DNA from: Trichoplax adhaerens
Lineage: Eukaryota; Animalia; Placozoa
Assembly: GCF_000150275.1 (NCBI RefSeq)
Contig: NW_002060945.1
Coordinates: forward strand, 7,817,684 to 7,881,683
DNA: 64,000 bases
Direction: 5' to 3'
In this document: piece after piece, positions 16,632 to 29,113 of the stretch
How positions within the stretch are numbered: the first letter of the stretch is position 1
How the letters are laid out: each line of letters starts with the position of its first letter
Translations under genes and position numbers: made by a program
The notes under the pieces: model-generated
What the model saw: the letters and a program-made list of their open reading frames with translations, nothing else
Databases searched by the model: none
Told to the model about the DNA's origin: nothing

Positions 16632-18759
16632 GATGATTTTGTCAGATGAAAGTTGCAAATATGAGCAAGTGTTTATATACTGTAAATCCTGCTTCATTTA
16701 ATGTCATTGACAGGGATTTTGAAAGAATTTACATCACTTTATTCACGCGTACTGCAACCGCTTGTCTGTGCGTCGTCTTTGGGTTCTCTGTCTATGCATA
16801 TCGACAATACAGTAATAAGGAAAATTCAATAGCAATAACAGTTTTGCACCTGAGGGCTTGGAGCCGTAACTTTACCCTTTCTTTCATAATATCAAATTAC
16901 TATATTATCATTGATTCCCTAGGGATCAGAGATTACTCTAGGGTAGAAAAACAACCTTCGCATAACACGATCATTGGCATTTCAACAGCAACAAATGCAG
17001 ACAGTCCAGACTGCTATTATTTCTTGATGAGTGATGAATTATTATTGGTTATAGTTATTGATAATACAATATTCGGAGGACCTGAATTGTCCAGCAGTCT
17101 AGGGATTGCGCCAGTAGCCCAACAACATATCTTGATAAAGTAATGGAGCTCACCGAATTTCACAGAGTGCGAACTTTATCAATTTCATAAATGACTGTTA
17201 TACGTGAGCTATTGCGGAGACTATTAATGTCTACTGTTATTTTTCTCCATCATGTGTATGATATACAAGTATACTGTACAGTACATCGATAATTAACTAG
17301 AACGATATCACTGTAATGATATAGCATGATAACTATGCTGAGATGGCAATGAAATAAAAATTAGGCCTATCAAGATTTCGATTCTAGTTAAATAGGCTCC
17401 CGAGTGCAAAGCTGAATAGTTTCATCATTAAGAGTTAACGAAACATTATATGATAATTATTTACCGCTGCAGTCGATACTACGGTTTATTCCTGCAGAAT
17501 GTTATGATGGTGTCTATGACTCAATGATGGATTTATTGATAACTATGCCTAGATGGCGATGAATCTCGTGATATTCATAGTGCATAGTTATAATCAGTAT
17601 CATTCTTTTTAAAAGAACAGTAATTATTTACAGTTACTACAATATTATTTATCTATGCTATCAACTAGACAGCCATACGCAGATAGAAGTAGAATGAAAG
17701 ACCTTCCATCGGACCATACAATATGGGATGTAATATAATTGTAACAAAACTGCCAGTTCGTAGTTAAGCTTTCGAATTTCTCTTCATTTCGTTTTCTCGA
17801 ACTAGATATGCTATCGCGTACGATAACGACATACCATGCAGAAATTGTAACGTAATAACTGAACAAAATCTAGCATGAACATAACTTTAATACCGTATTC
17901 TAACGCACGTGAACATTTATGATTGTGTACAGTAGCTAAAATGGGGATAATTTTTTGTCCCTTATTAATTGTAATTTTTACACATATAGAATAGCACTTC
18001 ACGGATTATGATAATACGAATGTAAAAATGCATACACGTATAGGTGTACATGAATGCGGTTTATCTCTGTTTCATTTACATATACGCGTACGTTTGCAGT
18101 CTATAGCAATTCTATTTTAATATAGTATAACGAGCTGGTACCCACTCGTTAAGCTTTTTTAATGGTGTACATAGATATAAGGATAAGGATTCTGTATTAC
18201 TGTGATACGATATCAAATCATCAGAGCAATAGTGAAAGCACTCAAGAAGTTTTCTTTTACCTCTATTGTAAAACATACTACTGTACTGTATACCGTATTA
18301 TGTTATTCTGTTATTATTTATCGCTGTAAAGACCTAAAGTACATATAGTATCCATTGCACAGAATCGTTGTACTACTGTACAAAACCATTTTTTCAGCCA
18401 TTTGAAACGACTAGTAAAATAATATGTAATTATATATTCTGTCTCCACATTATCAATATAGTGAACGACTGTTTCCTTTCGCTCTTTTTCTCTTTAGTGG
18501 TCTCTGGTAACTTATTACTACTACTTATGAAAATGAACAGTATACTGTACAGTCAACATGATAGCCGCTTAGAGGCAACTACATCGAATGCCTTACTAGG
18601 AGTTACATAAGCCTTATCCCTATTCCCATTATTAATATACTATATATTAAAGTCTTTCTTTGCCGCTTAAATAAATTAAATGCCGGAGTAACTATTAGTA
18701 ATTAACCTATTAATCAAATTCCTTCTTTGATCGTCAGCCTGTCTTCACAATCCTTCAGT

Positions 18760-18910
18760 TACAGTACAGTACTGTAGTTCATACAGTACAATACACTGTA
18801 CCGTACAGTACAGTACTGTACTGTACTGTACTGACCACTGACCACTGTGACCAGTTGGTTTCCTTCCAGTACTCCGTGCATGGATGTACCGTACCGTACC
18901 ATACCGTACT
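18760..18910. promoter_or_regulatory. ACAGT/ACTGT and (GTACC)n array ~280 bp upstream of the TEX10 ATG
   Basis: tacagtacagtactgtag...cgtacagtacagtactgtactgtactgtactgaccactgaccactg...gtaccgtaccgtaccataccgtac. Confidence 0.6.
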
Positions 18911-19189
18911 GGAAGTGTCCTAGCAAAACTGCACTGCAAACGAGGGCAAAAAGAGCTAACCAAATTTGCACAATCCGATTAATTCTACTGCTGATGCTGC
19001 AAATCGACAAGCTATCCAATACAGAAGTAATAAAAGATCACTATATCGTTGGAAAGACCAGTTTGCATCGTTTACAGTAAGTTCATTCTGCATGATGTAT
19101 GATGATAAAGATTGAACGCCATCAGTGTGAATCTCTGTATACCAATTGTCGTAGAGATCTGCCAATCTTCCCCTGATCAATATTGAAAC

Positions 19190-22100
19190 ATGGGTAAAAG
19201 TAGTAAAAAGAAGAAGGAGAAAATGAAAGACTTTGTTAAACCAAAGTTAAAAGTTGGCCGTAAATTGCAAAAACAGAATGCAACTCAAACTAGTTTTAAA
19301 ACATTAACCATTGCTTTACCTAATCAACACCAAGCTAGTCATGAAGAGCCGCTGAGCCAAAGGAAGCAACCTTTGCAAGTAATTGTATTTAGCTGCATTT
19401 AGAGTAGAGTATGATTTTCTTGGATTGATGCAATGATAGGTATAGCTAAGATCGATAGAGAACACAGTAAAATGTGAATTAGCTAACGTAACGTCAAGTA
19501 CGATGCATCAGAATTAATGTAATCTTCTTTTATTTTACTTAGGTTCTTCTCTCTCAGCTGAGGCATTACAATGCAAATGTAAGGCATGACGCCCTTGCTG
19601 GTATCAAGGATATTCTGTCCTCTCATGTAGAGTATGCCATCTCTAATCTGAGCCCTATCTTGGGCAAAATTACCGAATGCATGACTGATATCGATGCTCG
19701 AGTTAGACATGAATTGTTTATCATATTGAAACACCTTTTATGTCAGCTCTCGTTATCAACATTGCAACCATTTTTCGCTTCAATGGTTGCTCGTCTATGT
19801 TGTGGTTTAACGCATATTGATTACAATATTCGGATAGATACTCTCAAAATATTAGATATCTTATTAGATCATTTTCCAGGTTTAGTAGCTCGTCATTCAA
19901 GAGATTTATTACCTATTATTGTCGATATTATTTCTCAGCAGTGTAATACAACTAGCGCTCAAGGGCTAGCTAATACGCCAAACTCCCAAAGTAACGCACT
20001 CAGCCAAGCTAAGAGAGAGACCAAACAGCCATCCCGGGCTCTAACAGTTAGATTAAGGGGCAAGCTAAATATTCATGAAATTCGTCACAAGGTGCTGCAT
20101 CGCTTACGACGATTTCTTACATCACTTTATCGAGAGAGTTATACTGATAGCAAGATCGAGGATAATGGAGCAAAAGAATATGATCGTATTGAGCAGAAAT
20201 CATATGTCAAATTCAATTATCATACGTATTCTCAGCAAGCCACTATCAAGTTTAACAGTCCTCCTGATTTTAGTACAGTTTTTGTAGCTCGTGATGAATT
20301 CAAGCAGTTTATTGATACCATCATGCCCCTCCTGACGAATATATGGTTAGAATGTAATCCCTCTAAATTAATACGCAAAGATACAGATGGAGATAAACTG
20401 CTGGAAATATTGATATCTTTAATGGAAGAAGTATTATTGGTAATGCAATTGTTATGCCAGGTATCTCGCGAACAACACGAACAATTCGGTAGGACAGGAG
20501 AAAATGGGTCTTATTCTAGTGTTACTCTGGAAAAGTATTTTAATGATATTGAGCAAAATATCTTTGGTCTTTTTCCATTAACGGCGATTGAAGTTAAAAA
20601 AGGGAGAAAGTACGTAAGATTATCACACAATTTTGTTCCAAAGGTTTTTCAATATTCTTTCTGGAATGATAGCATCCATTTATTCCCATTTGTTTATCTT
20701 ACATTATATCTATAATGATTCGAGTAGGTCAAACAACGATGAAAGCAAATCTTCCGACAAGTTCACCCTGCAATTGCTCAATTTGAATTTAATCATCTGC
20801 GATATTATGGTTTACTTCATTAATTTTATACCTCTTCAAAGATTATCTACTTGCGAACATATAGTCAGTTTTGCAATCAAAGCTTTGAAATCACGAGTAT
20901 TACGTAATGCTCACGGGTTAATAGCCATTGCCGGCAATCTCTTGAAATCATTATCAAACAGGTTCGCACACGGAATACTTGCATTTTTAAATATTTTCAA
21001 TCTTGTTCACTATTCGAGGATAACACCTTACGAAATAATAATAATAATATTTACTCCTTGGCTGTCAAGATCTACTAATTTAGGCAAAGGGAAAGCATAC
21101 GTGATCGATATCGTTGAAGCTATACGTCATTATTATGGAAATAGCCATGAACATTCAAATTCTAAAATTCAATGTTTAAAACTCTTACAAGGTTTGCTCG
21201 ATGAAGAGCAAAAAAATATCGTTTGTGGCGCAGGCAGGTTAGCTTATAATCATGCTTATGATTTAGATTTATTATCGATCGCATAAATCAAGTATTCTTA
21301 TGAGCTTAAGCATGTTTGTAATACTCTTAGTTATATAATGCCACAACTTGAAGACTGGTTAATTTCCCTGCCGCAAGATATACTAAGACCGGAATGGGAA
21401 GGATCCGCTTTAGAATCTGTTAGCATTAAAATAATTAAATCCTGTCTATTATCAGGCCTTCACAACCAAACTCTGCTGATGCGTTTGAACGAATTGTTGA
21501 TAGAGTATTTCGGTAAAATGCTTAAAGCAACCTTGTAGTTTATTTCCTTAATACATCCTGTGTTACTTATTCATTATTGTTCTACAAATTAATTATACTG
21601 TAATTGTTTGTTAGACTCTGCGACAGAAAAATTTTTAAAGATGCCTACGAATGTTCAACGACATTTTATCGAAATACTGTACTTTTGCGAAATTTTTCAT
21701 AAGCAACTAGTGAAGGCATTAGCATCACGTTGTCATGCTTTAGACAAGACTTCGTGTAATTATATGTTAGACATTCTATTCGATAGGTATGATACTAGAA
21801 TATTATGTTAAGAATATTATCTACTATGCCTTGACTGATTTTTTTTTCAACCGGATTTGATTTTTTAATAGGTTTAATAGTGAAAATACACCTTCGACTG
21901 CTACCGCGGTCAATTACTTCAGTTTTTTAATATCCATTGTATCGGGTAATAATTCATAATAATATTAATTTTATGGTTGGATGCTTCTGACAAAATCAGT
22001 ATTCTAGGAACTAATAGGCAGAAAATAGTAGAATGTGAAGGCCTTCTAGATGACCATTATACAAGGTATTAACATCCAATCATGACACTGTATTGTAATA

Positions 22101-23611
22101 GATAGAGACGTGGTGGATTTCTTGTCAATTATTTTTCCTTATTATTTAAAAAGTTATAGGTTTACTCCGATACTATATTGGAATCGAGAGGTAACATGAT
22201 ATTTGACAAACGTTATTCTTATTTATTTATAAATTCAATATTACTTTGTCATTTTTTTATAGTCCTTTATCTGCGATGATTCAGAGCTATCCGAGAAAGA
22301 ATTTTGGGAAAGACATTGCTTGATATTAGAGGTTTTTATTCACTGTCACTAGCCATCACAATAATTTGTAGGATTAGTTAGTTATTATTGGGTGATCGAC
22401 TGTGGATATCAAAGTCATTAACTGATTATATACATTTTCAAAAGCACACAGCATGGCAGCTAAGACGTTTACATCAACATAAAGATTACATCGCAATATT
22501 CAATAGGGCCCTACTCGAATTACTGGTATATTTATTACTAATAATGAATAAATATAGACTTTGTATACAGTGCAGAGCTGCTACTGGCTATATCATGCTA
22601 AGATATGGCATTATTATATGTTAGAATTCACATCCTTATTTCCCTATCCAAACCGCTATGGGTATGCTGAAATGTTTGGAAAGGTAGGTCTAAGACGAAA
22701 TTAGGTTACTGCTATACATTATGGTTACATTTTGACCTCTAATTCTTGTGAAGAACACTTATTGATACTTGTGAGTAAATGCTTATTATCATGCTTCTGT
22801 AGTTTAAAGACTGTATCGATCGATCAGGAAAATTCCTTCAATGACGTAACCCTATGGGCAAAACTTATGTTCTCATCAGTGTATGCAGTTTCGAATTACG
22901 ATACAGGTATTAATACGCATATTTCTATCCAGTACAATTAAGCCTTTTGCATACCAGATATTAGTCTTGAAAGGGAAATGTATAATATCATCCTAGAACT
23001 GGAATTAATTTGGCAGCCAGCTTTACTGGATCTTTGCATTACAATTTTGCGGGATCCGTCTTTTATGACCCAGTTTTTAAAGGTTTCGCTAAGTTATATA
23101 CAAGGTATGGACTTGTTTAATAGTCTGTTTGGAATGTTACTATTTTCATACTGCACAAGATGATAAGGCAATACAGTGCCCTTTCGAAGCAAAACTGCAG
23201 CAATTTATATTGTGCATAAGTACTTATAAATATAATAGTTTATACTAATGCTTTCGCCAGTTCTACAGTACTACCCTTTGGATTATTTTGATCACTAGAA
23301 TCAGATGTAAATGAAGTATTCGCGATATCCAAAGTCTATCAACGCTTGCTAGGAGTTTTCGATCTTCACGATAGTTTAATTTTAAACCGGCAGCTACTCA
23401 AGGATCTTCTAACCGCAATGAAGGTATCTTAACTTTATTAACGCTAATCGTAATTGCATTACTGATCTAGAGACTATCCCATAAAAGGCACTACAATTTC
23501 CATAATTTTCAACATTGCTTTAATTCATAGGCTGTTCCTGGCGAAGATAAAATGTCGTATGTTCTGACAAAGTTAGACTACGATATTTCTCTTATAACCG
23601 CAAAAAGTTGA
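19190..23611 (+). CDS. TEX10: Testis-expressed protein 10 / Ipi1 (Rix1 complex, pre-60S maturation), multi-exon
   Basis: N-terminus MGKSSKKKKEKMKDFVKPKLKVGRKLQKQNATQTSFK, then LSQLRHYNANVRHDALAG and the Ipi1_N-like LCCGLTHIDYNIRIDTLKILDILL; WLECNP. Last exon ends ..SLITAKS*. Downstream exon boundaries are approximate. Confidence 0.85.
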
Positions 23612-24206
23612 AATATAATTTTTATTAATTATTTGAAGCTTTTATCTACGAATTATCCGTTAATATGATATGTACACATTAAACCGGTATTAATATGACA
23701 ACTGAATACATTCAGGTACAATTTTAACCATCATCACCTCCTAATCGATTACTATTTCAATGAACAATGAAAATAAATTCGTTCAAGTTATTAACATGAT
23801 ATACACATTGCTTTATTGATTACAACAATTTTCTTTTATCAAGAATATGGAAAAATTAGATAAACGCATCTATTCCTATCAATTCAAAATGAACCATTTT
23901 ATTATGTACAGTACATTCAGGTTACTATTTGTTCATTGTGTAATATTCAAATATTCTAAATCGACATACAAATCACGTATCAACTGTCCTAGGCAGATAT
24001 CTAAAAACCTACAAAACTACCATGAAGTGAATATCTAATTATAAGTTAAGTTATTGGGGCAAAATAAATGAAATTTACAGTAGCAATCTACACAGACAAC
24101 TTTTTAATCATCGGAAAATGCGTCTCAGAATTCACACATATGGAGAATCTGTACACGTCTCAGAGATCAATTTAGAAATTTCCCAATTAAATTTTCCATT
24201 ACCGTA

Positions 24207-27200
24207 CTATATTGGTATTTGTTTGTCAGTTTTGGATGATTCAACACGATACCGAAAGAATAACACAAGCTGTAAAACACCAAGTACTACACCAATTGTA
24301 TTTGGAATCTGAAGAGTCAAAAAATTTTATCGATATTTTCAAATAAGACTATAACCGTATGCCATTCATTCTACCAGCATGCACAGTTCTACGGGTATAA
24401 AATCATTCAATTACATCGCTATGTCATTACTTACCATGACAAATTGATTGCCGATAATATAGCCGTACGCACCCCATTCGAAGGATACTAGTGCATTAGC
24501 TAAACACAAAGATAGCTGCATACTTTCACTACTGTTATTTCGGATGACTTTTAGCTGTAATCACGCGAAGATTAGCAATCGTGTTACTGAAATATCATGA
24601 TAAAAGCATCGTAGATATGCTACTGTAACAATAACCATAATTTGCCAAAAAACTAGCAACTACTATTTCAATTTGAATTTTATCGCTCTTACCGCCGAGG
24701 CTAAGGGTGACCCATACATTATGATGGTTGTAAGAGAACAGATTATACCTAATAGGTTCAAGGCAACGTCATAACTACTGATGCCATATTTTACATAGGC
24801 TAATACTGAGAGTATAAAAGCTCCGGCATAAAGTGTCATTCTATTGATTGAACTCTAGAAGAATGATTCAAAAATAACTAATGTTATTCCGATGACCCAA
24901 GATGGCTTGATTTATGAAGATAGGAACTTTAGTAAAAGGGTTGGTTGTACCCAAGTTTACTAGCATAAGTGATAATATTACTCAAGTACCGCAATAACAT
25001 AATCGATTTAAACAGCTGTATTATCAACATTTATGATACTGTACTGGAATCCAATGGTAGCTCATAGATAAATTTATGCTTGTATTACGATTATGTGCAT
25101 AAATAAATAATATTAGAAAGAACAAGTGCAAATTCTGCTTTCCTACCTTGTTACTAAGATGCACGTAATAGATTACTGCATAAATAGATTCTAAGACAAC
25201 ACCAATAACATTAACTATGGTTAAAGCTTTATCTTGCAATAGCATTCCATACTTTAGCCAAAGAGTACAACTGTAACAATAAAATTGAAAGCATACGAAG
25301 CAATTTAGGTATCAGTAACTATAAAAAAATTGATTTTACTACATTAATTTAGCAAAGGCATCAGTTGTAATACAGTCGTTATAAATCCACTCTGGAAAGC
25401 TAGATTGACGCTTACCTAGTCAAGCATGCCAGGATTGGAAAGTAGGGAACGTTGGAAGAACTACCATTTTTAAAAATTTTGTTGCATGTTTGACTGAATA
25501 GATTCAAAGTAGTGATTGATTATTTTAGAGTTAAAATTTTACTCTTTATTCCAGTATCTATATTTATCATAGCATTTATTCATGATACGAGTAAAGATAT
25601 GAATTAATTGTAGTAAAACTTTTTTAGGCTTTAAGAGCTACTATTATAGACTTTGACTTAGTAAAAGTAATACAATACCACATGGTTATGAGCTTCAGGG
25701 AGTCAGTGATTAATACAATTAATGATCATAAAACAAGACCATTGCAAACAGTAGTACGTGCAGAATGTTGTAAATGTCAACTATTTGCAAAAGGGGAATT
25801 TATGGTGGTATTATATTAATTTTAAGCGTAAATTGGAAACAGAATCCCTTTCGAACTACAGTAGTATTTTTAGTGATCGGCACGGTTGTTAAATGCTTCC
25901 TAGTCCTGCGTTGTAGCGGCTTACACTTGAAGAGCAGTAATTTTCAAAGTTTCCAACAACGATAGCCAATGTAACAATCGTATTGATGGAAGTCGATAGA
26001 AACACCTCCACGGTACTTCTATGCTACTTAGTATAACTTTGTAGCTAGGCCGAGTCTGATTTGTAACACATGAATTGTGCGAGCAGGTTTGCGACATATT
26101 TGGAGATAGCGACATTAAATTTCCTTACTGTCTCTGCTTCATCTCGACAATAATATACAGTACAGTAGTGCAACTCCTAACTACACTATATGTACTAAAC
26201 GTATATAGTTGTAGAATAATCGATTTACAGTCGTTATCATTGGTTTGACTCACGATTGAGAAATAATGAGTGAAAAATTCAAATTACAGCACAACCTCTT
26301 GTATATTTTTTACAGCCTCAGTTTGAAACTGAAAGATCTCTGACATAATAATAATAATGGACAATTACAGTACGAGTCTGTAAACCGATCTATGATAATC
26401 ACCGTTAACCACAGTAAGTACTCTAACTCACGTTCACATTGAATACCCCCAAAATATAATCCTACAAGTAAATTATTGCAACTATCCCTAGCATATCCGA
26501 GAAAGATGACTTGAGTAAGATATACGATTATTCCCTGAAATCAGGTCATTTCTAGTTCGCACGTTACCGTAAGCAGTCGGATAAGTACTATCATTAGTTT
26601 ATGCACGGAGACGAGATTTCTTCTAATCCCTACTTAAAGTAGATAGTGATTTTACTAAAGAAAGAGCCATGTACAATTGCACATGGTACTGTTTATTAAG
26701 CGTAGTCTCGATTACTCTATCATCGATGTATTAGCATTGATTGTATGTAATAAAGCAGTCGTGTATGATGAATGGGGCTCGGTCGTCCCCAGCTACAAAT
26801 GACGATCAAGGAGAATATCCTCAGGCAATACAAATGGATCGTGTTTAGTTGAAGAATTGATGAGAATAGCAGATGGAGATAGTTGAGATATCATGACGAG
26901 CAATAAAATATTTATAGATTGTTGACTGGTTTCTACAATAGTAGATTGGACAATGAAGAAGAATATCACGTTGAAAGTGAACAGGATTGAATGTTCTATG
27001 ACGAAATGACATGATCGTTGCAAGTGTCCTTGAAAAGCAGTTCAGACACACCATGCATCAAGGTGCCACACAGGCTAAAGATATAAGATAGCCAACAGCC
27101 ATATTTATATCCCCCCCCCAAAAAAAATGTGAATGGATGTGTGTTCCATCTTCATAATTCAGTAGGCTACCGTCGCTTTGAATAACAGCTATCGCTACCT

Positions 27201-27455
27201 GAGCGCACTTATAGTGGGACATGATATTATACCGACGATATCGCCGTGAACATCCTCTTACAACGTGGTATGAATAAAATGGTGACTTGTTGCATTATTC
27301 TTTTTAACTACAGGCGATTTTAATGATGTTCGAAAGAATTTAAATGTGATATCTATCTTGTTGAATAAGTGAACAAGTGGATCTTACATTCCGGTTAAAT
27401 AGAGGCCTATCGTTGACAAAGTTGCCATCCAAGCGAAATAATCGGAAGGTTGCAT
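24207..27455 (-). CDS. SLC50A1: SWEET sugar transporter (MtN3/saliva family); exons ~27388-27455, 25416-25493, 25147-25270, 24692-24855, 24435-24554, 24207-24308
   Basis: MQPSDYFAWMATLSTIGLYLTGI|QTCNKIFKNGSSSNVPYFPILACLT|CTLWLKYGMLLQDKALTIVNVIG..|..MYGSPLASA|LKVIRNNSSESMQLSL...WGAYG|IPNTIGVVLGVLQLVLFFRY. Two MtN3 repeats. Confidence 0.92.
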
Positions 27456-28799
27456 GATTGCTAGCCAATCGATGTTTACGTCCTGTCTTGCTTAGTTCAA
27501 GTCATACAAGATTGGCTTGGATAAAAGTCAACCAAGGTAAAATGGACCACAACAGGTTCAAATTGTCTCCTGTAAAATGGAAATAGGGCAGTATTAAGCC
27601 AGTCAATGATGTTTCAAATCAATAGAAATCATCGATCACCAAGCAACCGATGGACTTCCCGTTTCGACTTTCGAGCAACCCCATGACAGGTTTCGGATAG
27701 ATGAATTCATGAGTTGTGCTACAGTACTGTACTGTACACTGTACAGTATGTACTGTACACTCTGCCGTCGCCGTTGTGACGTTCCTTCCACAGTTGATAT
27801 GAGTGGCCTGGCCATACTGTATTCACCTTACTAACGACTGCGCACTCTCGATCTGACCAATCCACCAGGGACTAGACAGAGAGGGATGATCTGAGCAAAC
27901 AAATATAAATCGCAACTAAAACGCATTGAATGAAGTACTTGTAATCCCCGCTTTGTCTGCCTTCATCTCTCCAATCATGCATTAATAGGAACGAGGGGGG
28001 CTTGGCATATTTTGGGGTTATTCTACTCTACACTACTTCTGAAAGCGAATTTGAGACACATTGGTTTCCGTTGAGATGATGAGGAAAATACAGTAGTCAG
28101 CCGTCTCCTTTTTAGTACACCGAATCACTGTTCTCGATCGCACTTTTTCTACTGACGGGTGTAGTGCTCTCGTAACTGGATGCTTCTCTACAGTATATGC
28201 AATTTCCTTGAATAGTAAAATCATGGACTAAATCTGGAGTTAGTTCAATCGGAAACAGTAACGTAGGGTAAACAATCGTTGATTCGGACTTTATCGTAAG
28301 TGGTGAAAAAAAGCCCCCTAACAAGAGGTAAACACAGTGCACTGTATCATGACTGGACTACTGTACGAGTAGTAGTGGCGTACTTGACTTCCAGGTACAA
28401 TATGTTGTAGTGGTCAGTCGTCAACTGATCATGGACTCCTGGAAGAAAGACATGGGCCAACCCTACCCTCGGACAGACGGACTTTCCTTACCCAATGATG
28501 TCTAGTAAATGTCGAAAAATGCCTACTTACTGTAGTATAAATCTTCCGTGGCTATTTTCGAAATCTTTGGTACTAATTTAAATAACATCTACGATTATAT
28601 ATAGAACTGTTTCCAAGCAAAACTTAGTCATGGATAATAAGATTAAGATTGAAGCTAATATTGCTGAATGAGAAAAAACCAGTCCATTGAAAATCGACCG
28701 TTCGTATACTAATGTAATGTCATAACGAAGTGTTTGAAACAATATTTTCATGAAATGAGGCCGAAAGGTCTGTCCGTCCAAGAATGCTGATTCCAGGCC

Positions 28800-28945
28800 T
28801 TCTTCGAGTACTGTACACTGTACCTTACAGTAAAAAGTACTGTATCAGAAGTACTGTACGATATGACGTCACTTTGGTATCGAGAAACCGTTAAACAACG
28901 GTAGACCGGAGAAGGTCCGGTTCGGTCCGGTTCGATTCGATCCCT
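28800..28945. promoter_or_regulatory. Putative bidirectional promoter of SWEET and SPC25 with a perfect CRE palindrome
   Basis: Pentamer run at 28808-28860 followed by TGACGTCA (~28864-28871) and a GC-rich ccggttcggtccggttcg stretch, between divergently oriented genes. Confidence 0.55.
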
Positions 28946-29113
28946 TTATGGTCTATATTACAGCGGTAAAATTCAAATTGAAGACTATACAGTGTGCGGT
29001 ACAATCCTGCGGCATCATACTGTGACATCAGGAAATACGGGAAAATATTCATTCTAGCAAGCAGAACCGCAAGCGATTGTTGTCGTAGTGGTGGACCAAC
29101 GGTTAAATCCATC

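Noticed and set aside
16646-17143. 165-aa + strand ORF
   Set aside because: No recognisable motif and composition typical of AT-rich non-coding DNA; lies directly upstream of p23B on the opposite strand.
23423-23530. TEX10 last intron beginning GTATCTT as a possible U12 intron
   Set aside because: Does not match GTATCCTT and no clear CCTTAAC branch site near the acceptor.
25925-26115. Minus-strand segment with a GTAAG donor as possible SWEET exon 1
   Set aside because: The phase-compatible peptide is not SWEET-like; a convincing first exon lies at 27388-27455.
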